DNA of 63,892 bases, counting the filler, from Intoshia linei (lineage: Eukaryota; Animalia; Orthonectida), in the NCBI GenBank assembly GCA_001642005.1. It is 10 parts of 10 records of this genome, joined end to end, with 100 filler letters (N's around TTAATTAATTAA, not from the genome) between each part and the next. Parts side by side here need not be neighbours in the genome. Positions count along the whole stretch, not along the records: positions 41,490 to 45,062 come from LWCA01002068.1; positions 45,163 to 53,595 come from LWCA01001465.1; positions 53,696 to 57,537 come from LWCA01002022.1; 7 more parts are not named here. One strand, 5' to 3'. Positions 42,382 to 55,724 of the stretch are shown here, in pieces; within the stretch, counting starts at the first letter, position 1, and each line of letters starts with the position of its first letter. Made by a program: the position numbers and the translations under genes. The notes under the pieces were generated by a model. The model made no database searches. It saw only the letters and a program-made list of their open reading frames with translations, and was not told where the DNA came from.

Positions 42382-43416
42382 CAGGGGTGGGAAACTGCTG
42401 CCCGCGGGTAAAATTTTGCTCTTTTTTAATTTTAGCTGAATTTTATAAATATCGATTAATATTTGAAACTTCATTTCAGTGAGAACTTCAACTTTATTAG
42501 TTTTTTTTACACGTTTTTCAATATTGAAAATTCATCCAACATGTATATGAAAGCAAAAAGGCAAAAGAAAAATGTATGTTTTAAGAGTCAATGGACAATA
42601 GATTATTTATTTATTCATTTTGAAAAAAAGCGTTATGTCTGATATGTAGACAAGCAATTGTTATAAAAAAATTTAACTTAGAACGTCATTATTGTGCACA
42701 TCATTCTCAATTTTTTGAAATAAAAGGACAAGTACGTTTGAATTAAATTGAGAAATTAAAAAATAGTCTAACAAATCAACAAGTATTTATGGAAGATTCG
42801 AGTACACAAAATAGTAAAATTGTTAGATCTAGCTAGGAAATAAGTTCCATAATAGCAAAAAGGCTGAAGCCATTCTCTGATGGTGATTTTATAAAAGAAT
42901 GCTTGATTAAATCAGCTCAATTACTTGTACCCGATAAGATCGAATTGTTTAAAAATATTAGTTTATCCCGAAGAACAATATCAGATCGAATACATGAAAT
43001 GGCATTAGATATTGAAACTTCATTAATAGCTGTAGTTAACAGCTTAATAATAATAGTTTTATTATTCTTTAGCAATAGATGAAACAGTATACATATCTAG
43101 CACAGCCCAATTGGCTTAAAATGAGGTCACGTATTTCTGATGAAAATTTAGAATATCAGTTACGTGTTTCCTCTTCAAATATACCTATAAATATTGCATT
43201 ACTGTCCTCAAAGAAACAAAACCATCCTTCTCATTAAATAAATATACATTATTATAAACTTAAATTATTTTTTTGTCCTATCCATAATATGCATTACATA
43301 TTATTACTATGTTGAATATCCTAGCAACCGACTTAATTAAGTTTCTTATTTTTTTGCCCGCGTCATCATTTTCTCAAAAATATTTGCTCTTTGTTTCAAA
43401 CGTTTCCCCACTCCTG
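42382..43416 (+). mobile_element. Internally deleted hAT (Charlie/SPIN, GTF2IRD2-like) element
   Basis: Imperfect TIRs caggggtgggaaac / gtttccccactcctg; remnants NLERHY, KPFSDGDFIKEC, ISLSRRTI, SLAIDE. Confidence 0.8.
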
Positions 43417-44404
43417 ATTAATATATATAAACTACATTGTACACCATTAAATATGATTTGTGATTTTTTTTGGTGGTTTTCAATAAAAAATAAATTTTAA
43501 ATTTATCTAATTATTACTTTTTTTATTAAATATTTTTAATTGATACCTTCTTATATCTTAATTTTTGAAATTTATGTCTATCACTTACATCCTTGATATT
43601 AAACAAGATTTATCTATAGGTAACCCGAAAAAGTTGATTTTACGTGTAATGTAATAGTGCATCCAGAAAATTTTTATTTCATATAGTTTGTCGATGTTGC
43701 CTTAAAATTAGAGTTAATTAAGTAAGGTAATTAAATAATTAATGAAGTTTTTTTTATAAATATGTCGAAGTATATGTCTATCTATCAGTTTTACCATTTG
43801 TAATATACAATATTAATTGTAAATAGACCTCACGGTGGAGTGTACCTATTTGAAAAAAAACTTTGACCCTTAATTAAATCCAAAGTCGATCTTGAAATTA
43901 ATAAATTTTTTTTAAAAATAGATGTATACTGGTTCACTTACATATAAAAAAGTTTCGGTCAGTTTGTCGAAATTTTGTTGGACAGTGTTATAATAGTATT
44001 ATTTATAGTTAAGTTAGAATTTCTTATTGTATTTATTTTTTTGGTAAAATAAAGATGTCCGTTTTCGGCAAAGCTAGGTGCTGTTTGTACGTAGTACATA
44101 ACATTCAGCCTAGTAACAAATAATAGGTTCTTGGACCCATCTATGCTCGATGTCTAAAGACATTGTTCATCCCGCAGCCTATATGTGGCGGAGGATAGTC
44201 AAACTATTTTTAAAAAATTATTTTAATTACTAATTTCAATAAATGACTTGTTTTGGAATCGTTTATTGGATCCAATTGATGTGAATAAGAAACTTTCATT
44301 TTACCAAATTTAGATTCTTCAAATGCTTTGATTATGTCCAATAGATGCCTGGAAAAATTACAAGTACATATAATTTTATTATACAGTGAAAACTCCCTAT
44401 AAGT

Positions 44405-44880
44405 CAGTGGTTTTCAACCAGGGGATCGCGACCACCGTAGGAGTGGTCGTGAGAATTTGAAAATTTTATGAATATATATTTATTTATTTTTCTAATATAA
44501 TATTAACTAATAATGTTTTTGAAATATTTTTACATTCTGTATTACAATTTTAGGTGTTTTTCTTCACTCAATATATAAAAATGATTCTACTGCAAACATT
44601 TTCTATGAAAACCCACTAAGTACTATTTGGTGTGATATGATTGATTTATATATAAATGTATTTACGATTGCTTTGAGATTTCTACTATCTTTTCTGTTAA
44701 CTTATCTGTGTGAAGCATGATTTTATATGCTTATTCATATAAAAACATAGTCAATAAACAGATTGAATGTTAAGGATAATATGAGGCTCGCCTTATCGCA
44801 TACACTGCCCAGGACATCAATAATTGTAGCTAAAATGCAACCTCAAATTTCACATGAAAATAAATTTAAACCCCCCCGAC
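44405..44880 (+). mobile_element. hAT (Charlie/ZBED8-like) remnant inserted into a pogo-like element
   Basis: cagtggttttcaacc end; C-terminus RLNVKDNMRLALS...QPQISH; pogo-like CAGT start at ~44383 and HTH KKTITLNEKLEII at ~44965-45062. Confidence 0.6.
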
Positions 44881-46060
44881 AAAACGTTAGAGTACCCTAT
44901 AAAAATGCTATTAAAATCATTTTCTGGATAAAAATTAAAATAAAATTTAATAAATTTGAAAATAATGAAAAAAACTATCACATTAAACGAAAAATTAGAG
45001 ATAATTAAAATGCTCAATGAAGGTATATCAGTTAAAGAAATATCGACCAAATTGAACAAGTCNNNNNNNNNNNNNNNNNNNNNNNNNNNNNNNNNNNNNN
45101 NNNNNNTTAATTAATTAANNNNNNNNNNNNNNNNNNNNNNNNNNNNNNNNNNNNNNNNNNNNTAAATGTAATGTTGTGTGACCATATGGTCACACTGGGA
45201 GTATATGGGTTAATAAACATAATATTTATAATAATATTTATATTTATTAATAAGCTTGATGAGCTTGAGCTGGTCGTCCCCTTTTTCTTTTGACATTCAA
45301 TGGGAGAGCTTTCGACTCTCGAGGTACAATACACCAATCAATTCTTAATCGTATTGCTATACCGATAGAATGTTTACACATTTAATTTTTACCCGAAAAG
45401 GGACACGTACACTTCGAAAATTTCCAATTTTCACGATCCAGCGATATTTTCCAAACAGAATTTAAACATTTTCTCATTAAAAAAATTTTCAAAACTGTTT
45501 TGATTTATTTGAACCCATTGAAACGCATCTATCCAGTTTTTAGTACTTAATGTCGGGTCTGTCACATACAATTTTGCATTTGAATTGGAAGAATTTTGAG
45601 AAACTGACCATGTATGTATAAAATTTACTTAAAAAGGCTAATACATAAAAAAACGGCTTATGAGAAATGTTGATTTGTGGTGATCCACAGAAATTTATAA
45701 ATTGATTCAAATGTTTCGAATATTAAGTTAGATGATACAATAATTATATTACACGCTTAAGCATTAAATTAGACGACCAAAGTACTTATTAAATTATGCA
45801 TTATAAATATTAAATTAGTCGGAGCATTAAATAGTATCCAACTATACAACTAATAATTATAAAATACGAAAAGTTGTGTCATTTTTGGATTTATTTTATG
45901 TTAGTTATTTTAACCAGTTAGCAATGATTAACTTTAATAATGAGTTAAGACTCTTAAGTCTAAAAGTAATTACATAATCTCACATACCTGTTATATGTAA
46001 TACAAACATAGACAGATTATACATATATATGTCAATTAGACACGCTTGTATAATAATATA

Positions 46061-46799
46061 TCATAACTTATATAATATGCTACGCGATTTTTGTTTGTGT
46101 GTCTGTCTGTGTGTTCCACTTTATTGAAATAACTACTACTCTTAGAATTTTATAAAGTCCACGTTTCAATTACAGTTTTTTTCGCGACCTATAATAAGAT
46201 AAATTTCAACCTCCCAATTTCACATCTTACGAGTCAAAAACCCCAGTTGTCCCTCTTTTTGAAAATCAATCGAGTTGGGGAATTTAAAAAATATATACGC
46301 TGATACGGATTTTAAAATCATAAACATTATCATAAATTTAAATTAATTATATCTTCAGGGCCAAAACTACAAATTACCCTTTTTTTATGAAAACAGCCCT
46401 AGAATTTAAAAAATTTCAATCCGAATAAAATACGACATCACGGTCAAAAAAGCATTTTAGTATTCATATATTTTTTTTCCCAAATATTTTATTAAAAAAA
46501 AAATGTGAAATAATTAAAGGTCCGAAAATTAAAAAAAAGAAGATTATTCTGATAGAGCCTATTCCAGTTGATATAAATACATAAAAAGATGGAATAATTC
46601 ACTTTAAAGTACAAAGTAATGGGATATATGGTTCCACCTGAAACAAATTTGGAAACCACTCCTTTAAAGTATTGATAATAGTAAATAGTAGGCTTTTTAA
46701 GTTAAATTTTCAACGTGAATTTATTTTTTTGGTATAATAAAAATGTGTCCTCGGCAGAGCTAGGTGCTGTTTGTGCGTAGTACATAACAGTCAACCTAG
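46061..46799 (+). mobile_element. Non-autonomous Helitron, reference full-length copy (739 bp)
   Basis: Inserted between A and T with no TSD; starts TC, ends CTAG; subterminal hairpin ctgtttgt(g)c-gta-gtacataacag; (GT)n/(GTCT) tract near the 5' end. Further ends at ~44113, ~50545, ~58402, ~62733. Confidence 0.85.
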
Positions 46800-47611
46800 T
46801 AATATATAATAATGAGAATATAACAAAACAGAAAATTATATAATGTAATCTGCTCTAAACTACTTGATCTACTATGGTTCATTTCACATTACATGCCACT
46901 CTTAAAATTTAGATACATTATTGATAAAAAATATTTGCATTGTAATACATGTATAAGTAGTACTTATTAAGTACTATGCATAATGCATGTACAAAAATGT
47001 ATTCGTAGCTTTCCAGGATATTTGTTTTATACTGAGTACAAACGGTAGTAAGATTTGACGAAAGCGGACGTTTTCATGCAAATTTTTTTTGAACTACAAG
47101 ATGCAATGTATAACCTTAAAAATAAATATACATTTTTCTAAAACATCAAATTTTAATTTCAGAGATTAACCTTTGAAATATTAACAAAATGTAAGTAATC
47201 CAATAATATTAATAGTTTTTGACCATTAGGATGTCAATTTCAGTTAATGAAATTTACGATACTGAAACAGTCTCGGAATACTGTCTTAGAATTCAAATTT
47301 AGTAAAATTCTAGGATCTTATTAAAAAACGGTAACACACACAATCATTAAATTTCATGTAAGTATTGATAAAATACATTATAATGTGGTAAATAATGGTA
47401 AAATACCATTCTACGTCTTGTACAAAATTGTATTTAAGTTCCCAAATGGCATGTCAATGTCACTCAAATTTTGATAGCATATAATAGACAAAAAAAATAA
47501 ATCATTCAACGATTAAACTACAAAACAAAAAAATATACTGAGAAATGATGTAATTTGATACTAAAAATGATGAAAGATTTATAAATGGTTTAAAATGAAT
47601 AATATTTTTAG

Positions 47612-48357
47612 AATTAAAACTGGCTTATGAATTTGAAGCAAAAAAAGACATTGACTTTTGTCAAACAAATCAATTGAACGAAATTTTAAAAAAATTGGAC
47701 GTTAATGTCAATTTAGATAAAGTAGAAACATATAAAAAAAATTTGGATAGTTCAGGTATAAAAATGAAACAATTAATTTATTAACTGTAAATACTTTCTT
47801 ACATGCAAAGATTTTTTCAATTTTGTGTTGCGATATTATTTATTATTATTATTATGTATTATTATTATTTGTTGATTTTTTTTGTTACCATGTGATTCGT
47901 TTTATGGACAATACAAAATTCTTAAAAGAATTTAAAAAAAAATTTTTTTGTATAAAATGCACGTTTAGATCCAACGCCTTAAGTCTGATAAACGCCATCT
48001 ACAGAAAGATACATGTATTTACTTTTAATTTAATATTTAGATTCCGGAGTAATTGATTTCACAAGTTTTATAAGCATGATGACAATATTTGCGTTGGATA
48101 ACATCAACGGAGATGGAATTAAAACTGCTATAAAAACATTAAATTGTGGAACCGACGAAATATCCTTGCCAGTATCCAAATTGATTGAAAAAATGTCTCT
48201 ATACTACAAGGAAGATGAAATTGCAACAATGAAGCAATTATTATCAGATTGCGATTTAAGCAATTCTAATCAAATTTCAATTAGAGGTAATTTTTAAATT
48301 TAAAATTTAAATTGTAAATGTTTAGAATTGAAAAAGAAATTGACAAAATTTCATTAG
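47612..48357 (+). CDS. Highly divergent calmodulin-like EF-hand protein (start exon not resolved)
   Basis: Exons 47612-47755, 48041-48286, 48326-48357 give (E)LKLAYEF...LDSSDSGVIDFTSFISMM...CDLSNSNQISIRELKKKLTKFH*. Phase-1 junctions fall at calmodulin-equivalent positions. Confidence 0.65.
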
Positions 48358-48487
48358 TATATTAATTTATTACCACATTCATAAATAAAACAACCTTAAC
48401 TGTATATAATGGTAATTGATATTTGTCGTTGGAATGTGATTCGTTAAAAAATTATATATTGATAAATGGATGTATGGATAAATTTTA

Positions 48488-49231
<744 letters not shown>

Positions 49232-50615
49232 TGAGTTCAATTCAAATGATTAATAAACTGTTGAAAATAAAAATATGTTTTGTAGAAATGAGGATATGAA
49301 ATTTATTCCTAATGATACATCACAAAAACATGCATGTCTGTAAATTAATCTTTATATATTATAGTTAAAAGATATATTGAGCTGTGTCTAACCATATAAT
49401 AAATATTATTACTTATAAGTACTCAAATTTTATGAATAAATCAATATAATAATCAATTATTATATACATTTAATTTTATCGATTTAATATATGGAATTTA
49501 CTTCTAAATAGGTAAAAAAATTAATGTGGTATTGCTTGGACGTAATATTATTAGTAATCGGGTTATATATGTAATTTGCTTTTGTATTTGTCTGGCCTTT
49601 TAAATGGAATTGAAATGTTTATATCGTGGTAACTATCACATGATACTTCTATATATAGATTCATATCAATTTGATGAATTATACGATGGAATGAAAACAT
49701 TTTTTACAATATTGTGTAAAAAAAATTTCAGTCCTTAAATTTACAAATTTACACTTTCAAACTGTATCTAGTGATTCAAGCAAAATTGATATTATATTAA
49801 ATTTTTATCTAGCAATTAAGTTAAAATAATCAATACAAAATCAATATTCGTTTTTACTTATTTGTAAATGAATTTTGTTCACTTATAAATATATAAAATA
49901 CCAATAGTCACTATAAAATTTGATTAATTGGCACATATAATCACCGAGTATTAACAATTAATTATTTAAAATGTAAATCAATATATAATTATAAGTATAA
50001 AATTAAATTAATCCCATGCATCAAGCCACGTAAATAATGCACTCATTTTAAAGATAGTTTAAATGAATTTGTTATTAAGAATATTTTCAATTTGTCATTC
50101 CAAATTAACTTTGTAAACAAAGCTAGATTGAAATGGCAATTATGTAATTAAGCTAAGGCGTGAATTCGTTTAATATTTAATAGGTTCAAATATTATTTAT
50201 AACCATTTTATTAGCTAAAATCATTTTTTTTAATCATTATCATTTATACATTCCCGAACAATTGGTAATTTCGTTTCAGATAAAATCTATCGACTGACAA
50301 AAGGTTTTACCACAGTTTGGTGCTTAGTAATCACTAATTACTGTATTAGTTTTGATAAAATTCGGTATTTTTGCAATCAGTTTAATGGTTTTCTATATGA
50401 AAATCTATACGAATGATAGAATTGAATGCAAACGCGCTAAAAGAGATGTAAAACGTTTCATAAAATACATAAAGTACAGTGGTTCATCGATTATACGTAA
50501 ATTCGATTTAATGTACATCAAAATTGTAAATTTAACTTTATAAACTAGGTTGACTGTTATGTACTACGTACAAACTTCACCTAGCTCTGCCGAGGGCACA
50601 TTTATTATACCAATC

Positions 50616-53341
50616 CAGGCACGTGGCGTGGAAAATTGTCTGGGTAGGCACAGTATGTTAACAAGGAAATTTTTATATACAGGTTTTTAAAAAGTGTCAT
50701 TAATTTTCAAACATTCATTTCAATATTTTTTAATGTTTCAAAAACGTAAAAATTTTTAAACAGCTCAAATGTAGCAATATAGTATAAAAAAATACAAGTT
50801 TATTTAAATGTAAATAATAATCTTCGTTCTTTAGATTGAGAAAAAATATCAGTTACTTTATCATTAAAATTAAACGTATGATCTTCCATCTTCACAATTC
50901 TTTCTTTTTCAATTGATATCAATGCTAAAGAAGACAATCTCCGACTAACCATTCTATTTCTACTAAAATATTTTATCCGCTTTAAAGTGGAAAAAGATCT
51001 TTTCACCGAAACAGTTGTTGCTGGAATGGTCAATATTAACTGTAACAATTTCACAAAAAGTTGAGTTTAGATCGTTTTCAAATATGAAAGTAAGATCTTT
51101 AATAGATTTTAGCATTTCGCAATTGTAAATCTCAACTAGATCACTTTTCAATCGCACGACATCAAAAAACTGACCATAATTATGCTCTAAACAACTTAAA
51201 GCTAATTTGTCCATTTCAAAAACAATATTAGAATTTTTAATGGGGCTTAACAAAAATAAACCTAAGTTCCCTAAAGTCTTCAAACCTCTGATTTATTTGT
51301 TGACATATATTATCAAGTATAAATAAAAAAATTCGTTTATTTTCTTGTCTGTTGTCTTTATTATTTTTAGATTTTTTTTCAATGAGGTTGTTCTTTTTGG
51401 AATAACAATTAAAGTTTTCATATATGTCATCAAAATGGCTTCTTAATAATTGAAGTGATTTGTTGGTAACATTTATTTTTTCAATACAATACGATATATC
51501 TACAATTTTTGTTTGTAACACGTTAAAAAGTGTATCAGTTTTAACAAAAATTTCGTTATACACAACAAGTAAAAAATAAGTTGAATCTTTCATTAACCAA
51601 TTTAGAAAGCCTTGGCTCACCAGTGAAGTATTAGAATCCCAATTAAAATAATTATCAATAATAGAACTGAAAAGCTTAATAATATCATAATGATAGTGTA
51701 TTATAGTTTGAACTAATTTGGACTTAAAACTTGCTCCATCTTGTCGGAGCAGCCCTAGGAATACGTTTTTTAACTATTTCATCAAGTAATTAAGTTTTTT
51801 TGTAGAATGACTATAAAATGCAGACAAACCATCACACGTCATAAAAGATGATTTACATTCTGGCATATTTTTGGTTGATTAAGACAAAACTAAATTTATT
51901 TTATGAGCGTAGCAATGTGTAAAGAGTGCTGATGGGGTAATTTTCTTTATTTTAACTGGTACACCATTTAAACTAGAAGACATTACACTTGCTCCATTAT
52001 ACGTTTGAGCCATTAGTTTATCTTTGCAATTGTATTTTTCGAGGTTATGAAATATATACTTTGCTACACCAGAGGCTGTTCTGTCTTTGATTTCTTCAAA
52101 ACCTATAAATGTCTCTTTTATTTCTCCATCTAACAAATATCTAAATATTGTGGAACAATAAGCTGCGTTATTAACATCGATGGCTTCATCGACTTCAATT
52201 GCAACGAATGGTGTTTTTTTAATCTCTTCTATAATACTATTTTCTACAACTTTGCCAATGGCATCAATTAAATCATTTTGCACATAATTAGACAGTCCCG
52301 AAAATACAAATGAATTGTTTAAATGTTCCTGTAATTTGATATCAAATTTTGCGGTATATTTGATTAATTCAACGTAATTACCGCGATTTAATGAATTCTT
52401 ATTTTCATTATTTCCACAAAAGGCCAGTTCTTGTTTTACTAGAAAACAAGTAGCAGCTATCAATTTTTTCAATATTTCTCGATTTTCTCTGACCTTAGAA
52501 TTGTAAATATCAATTGAATTTTTTTTGTTTATCTAGCATTAGCTCAATTCAAGTAGAACCAAACGTTTTAATCGATATTTGATTTTGATAATGAATGTTG
52601 GATCTTTCGTGCTTGGATATTGCCTTAGCTATATTTTTCATGTCACAGTATCCGTTTTTCACCCACACACTATCATTCGAGTGAGAAAATAGTAAGCATG
52701 GAAAGCAATACAAACGATTTGTTGTTTTACAACCAAAGATCCAATCATTTTTATTGTACCACGAATTTAGAAATGTCCTTACGATTTTTTCGCCTTTATA
52801 TCGCATTATGTCGATGTTTGGCGTTGGTCTACCGCTACTAATTATTTGACATTTTCCTTGAAAGGACAATTTAAAAAAACTCAATGTTAAAGTTCAATGC
52901 TATCCATTGTATATTAAAAATAATATTCTAAAAAGTTCAATTTTATAAAGTACATCAGAAAATTACCTGATTAAAATAGCAATATAATACTTTAAAACGT
53001 GAATAATTAATAATGAGTGATAAATTGATAAATAAAATATAATAATTTAATGAACTTGATAAATTTTAAGTTTAAATTGTACTCTTCAATACAATTTATT
53101 TATTATAAAAAATGTGTAAATTTGGTATCGTTTCTATCAATTAGTACAAATGTGAGATAGGCACATTCTATGCATGCTTACCCTGACAAATAATTATATT
53201 ATGGAAAATGCTAACAATTGAAATTATTTGTTGCACTGCAATGATTCAATTACGTTTATTATAAAACGGTATGTAAATTTTGTATCGTTTCTATAGATTC
53301 GTGCAAATGTGAGGTAGGCATATTTTATGCTACCTACCCAG
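50616..53341 (-). mobile_element. hAT (Tip100/ZMYM1-like) transposon with frameshifted transposase
   Basis: ORF pieces 52549-52884 (TTF-type Zn finger, LYCFPCLLF), 51879-52472 (NRGNYVEL, QNDLI, VDE, THCYAHKINL), 50800-51054 (ILTIPATTVSVKRSFSTLKRIK dimerisation domain). Inserted into a Helitron 3' end; a duplicate of the end region lies at ~60822-60909. Confidence 0.9.
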
Positions 53342-53695
53342 TGCTATTTTAGTACAGTTAGTTACATAAAGTAACTTACGTCATAAAGTGGCATACAATT
53401 ACGCTACTAATTCAATCAATAATTTGAGCATATTTATTTAGGCTTTAAAAGTTTAGCAAAATATTATCTCGGCTGTGTCTACTACATTTATGTAGTCATA
53501 TAATTATGACTCATAATTTATGAATAACAAATTCTTACATAATAAATTATATCAACTTTACAATGAATTGATTAATTTAATTAATTAACTATATTNNNNN
53601 NNNNNNNNNNNNNNNNNNNNNNNNNNNNNNNNNNNNNNNTTAATTAATTAANNNNNNNNNNNNNNNNNNNNNNNNNNNNNNNNNNNNNNNNNNNN

Positions 53696-54745
53696 TTAAG
53701 GGAACCTGGTGTCTCTGAAAAAATGTGCGAGAACTTGGAAACCAGATTCATGTACAGTTTAGGTACATCAACTTTAGTAGAGTTAGAATTTAGTTGTTTA
53801 TTATCAAATACATTATTTATTTGCTGTACTGTCTTTACTTCGATTAATTTCAGTTCTTTGGCAAGGCAGCATTTTATAATATTATCATGATTAGTAATAT
53901 AAAATTTTGATGAAGCATTAAGTTTATCAAATTTTATCAACACATATCCTAATATCGAGACTTCATCATTATTATATGAAAATAATTTCTTGTCGGTCTC
54001 ATGTATGACAATTTTAGGATTTTTTTTTACGTGCTTATGATTAATTAAATTGACTTTTGCTCTAGTATCAATCATAAACTCAATAAAGATATTATTAATG
54101 GTTACCTGTTCATATATCGCCGAACTATATTCTTGAAAAACAGCATTGATTTTGTATTTACCATAATCTTCCTGTTTCACCGCTGGTTTAAAATCTACTT
54201 TTTTAAATTGTTGTTGGCTGGTATTATAAAGCGATTTTTTAATTAAATAATAATTTTCACATTCTTTTATAACGTCTGACAATTTTGTATAATTTTCATT
54301 TATTAGGACACTTTGGAGTTTGCGATTATTACAGTTAAATAGTATCATATCTCTTACTCTTTCATCTAAGTTATCAAACTTGCATTTAATTTCTTTTTCG
54401 TGTAATTTCTCAAGCCATAGTGCAAAAGGCTTATTATAACCTCTTTTTAAGGCATAAAATTACATTCTTTCAAAGCTAATGTTAACATCACTCCAGCTTT
54501 TTATTTCCTAGTTCAGTAGCATCATTGAGTCAGAAGTTCCACTTTTTTTGAGGCGATTATGCGCCTTTTAACCCATAAGTTCTTTCACCAGGTAAACTTT
54601 CTGTGATTCATTTAATTTTTTCGTCTCAGTTTCATTGATACAGATATAAGCCTCAACTTTTTCAATCTATCTAATAGGATATATTGTAAATTTTCCTGTC
54701 TTGTTGATTAACTTTCTGGGAGGTACAATCCACGTGTACATGACT
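53696..54745 (-). mobile_element. Ty3/gypsy gag-protease remnant
   Basis: Degenerate aspartic protease FMIDTRAKVNLI (DTG>DTR), LFSYN...ILG, KFSHIFSETPG; upstream gag-like LDERVRDMILF. A possible 92-bp TGTAG...CTACA LTR relic sits at 54754-54845. Confidence 0.75.
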
Positions 54746-55139
54746 TATTAAAATGTAGTGATATCCGAAATAAAGAGGAAGATCGATTGTATTTTAAAAT
54801 ATAAAATTTATCGTTCAAGTGTTCTGATACTATAGCAACGCTACAGGTTGTCAAAATCTAATGTTACATTTATATACAAATATAAAAAATATAGTCGTGC
54901 ATATGTTTTGAGCACCCATTATAAAACGTCTTAAAATAAATTTAGAGTTTATTAAGTTACGATTCATTTTAATAATATATCTGCTACCATCAGATAGAAT
55001 ATCAACTCATACCATAATTGAAGGTGAAAACGGTAGGAGTGATATATTTTGAATTGAATCTACAATTTTTTTGTTTTTTGACATATCATTTTAAATAGAA
55101 TATAAATGTATTTTAGCTTCATCTTAATAATCAAGAAAA

Positions 55140-55501
55140 TAATCTTATTCTAATCACGCTTCATTTTACACCAACGATTTTTTTTTCGCATATGATTTAT
55201 TGTCAATTTTGGTTTTTGTGCAGAAATACGACCAAACAAAGATCTCATCAAACATGTTAGCTGCTTTTGATGAATCTTTTTTAGATTCAATGACGATTTT
55301 CCTCTCTGGGCGCTCAGTTAATATTCTCTTACGGTCGGATTTGGGGCGATCTTCAAGATTTATTTCGGTATCCCATTTCTTAATAATCTCCTAGACACTG
55401 TGCCTTGAAATATTCAACATTTAAGCTACAATATTTTGAGATTTTCTTTGATTAGATATACCGATAACTTTTTCACGTTTTTCGATTGATATTTTTGTCA
55501 T
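55140..55501 (-). mobile_element. Tc1-like transposase N-terminal (paired HTH) remnant
   Basis: MTKISIEKREKVI...LNISRHSV*EIIKKW...EDRPKSDRKRILTERPERKI with stops. Confidence 0.6.
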
Positions 55502-55724
55502 TTTATTTGTAAATTTTATTGTAAAATAATTGTTAGATAGAAATAATTAGATAAACTGTATTTTTATTTTTTCAATTTTTAAAACGATTTTCTAGTTTTT
55601 TATAGATTAATTAAAATAAGTTCTCAAAACATTTGGACGACCATATTATTGTAATAAAATGTATTTATATCTGTAAGTTTTGATTTTGAAAACCGATTCA
55701 TATTATTTAAATTATAAATCAACA

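Noticed and set aside
47823-48056. Hydrophobic low-complexity ORF (YYYYYVLLLF)
   Set aside because: Lies in an intron of the EF-hand gene and derives from a (TAT)n microsatellite.
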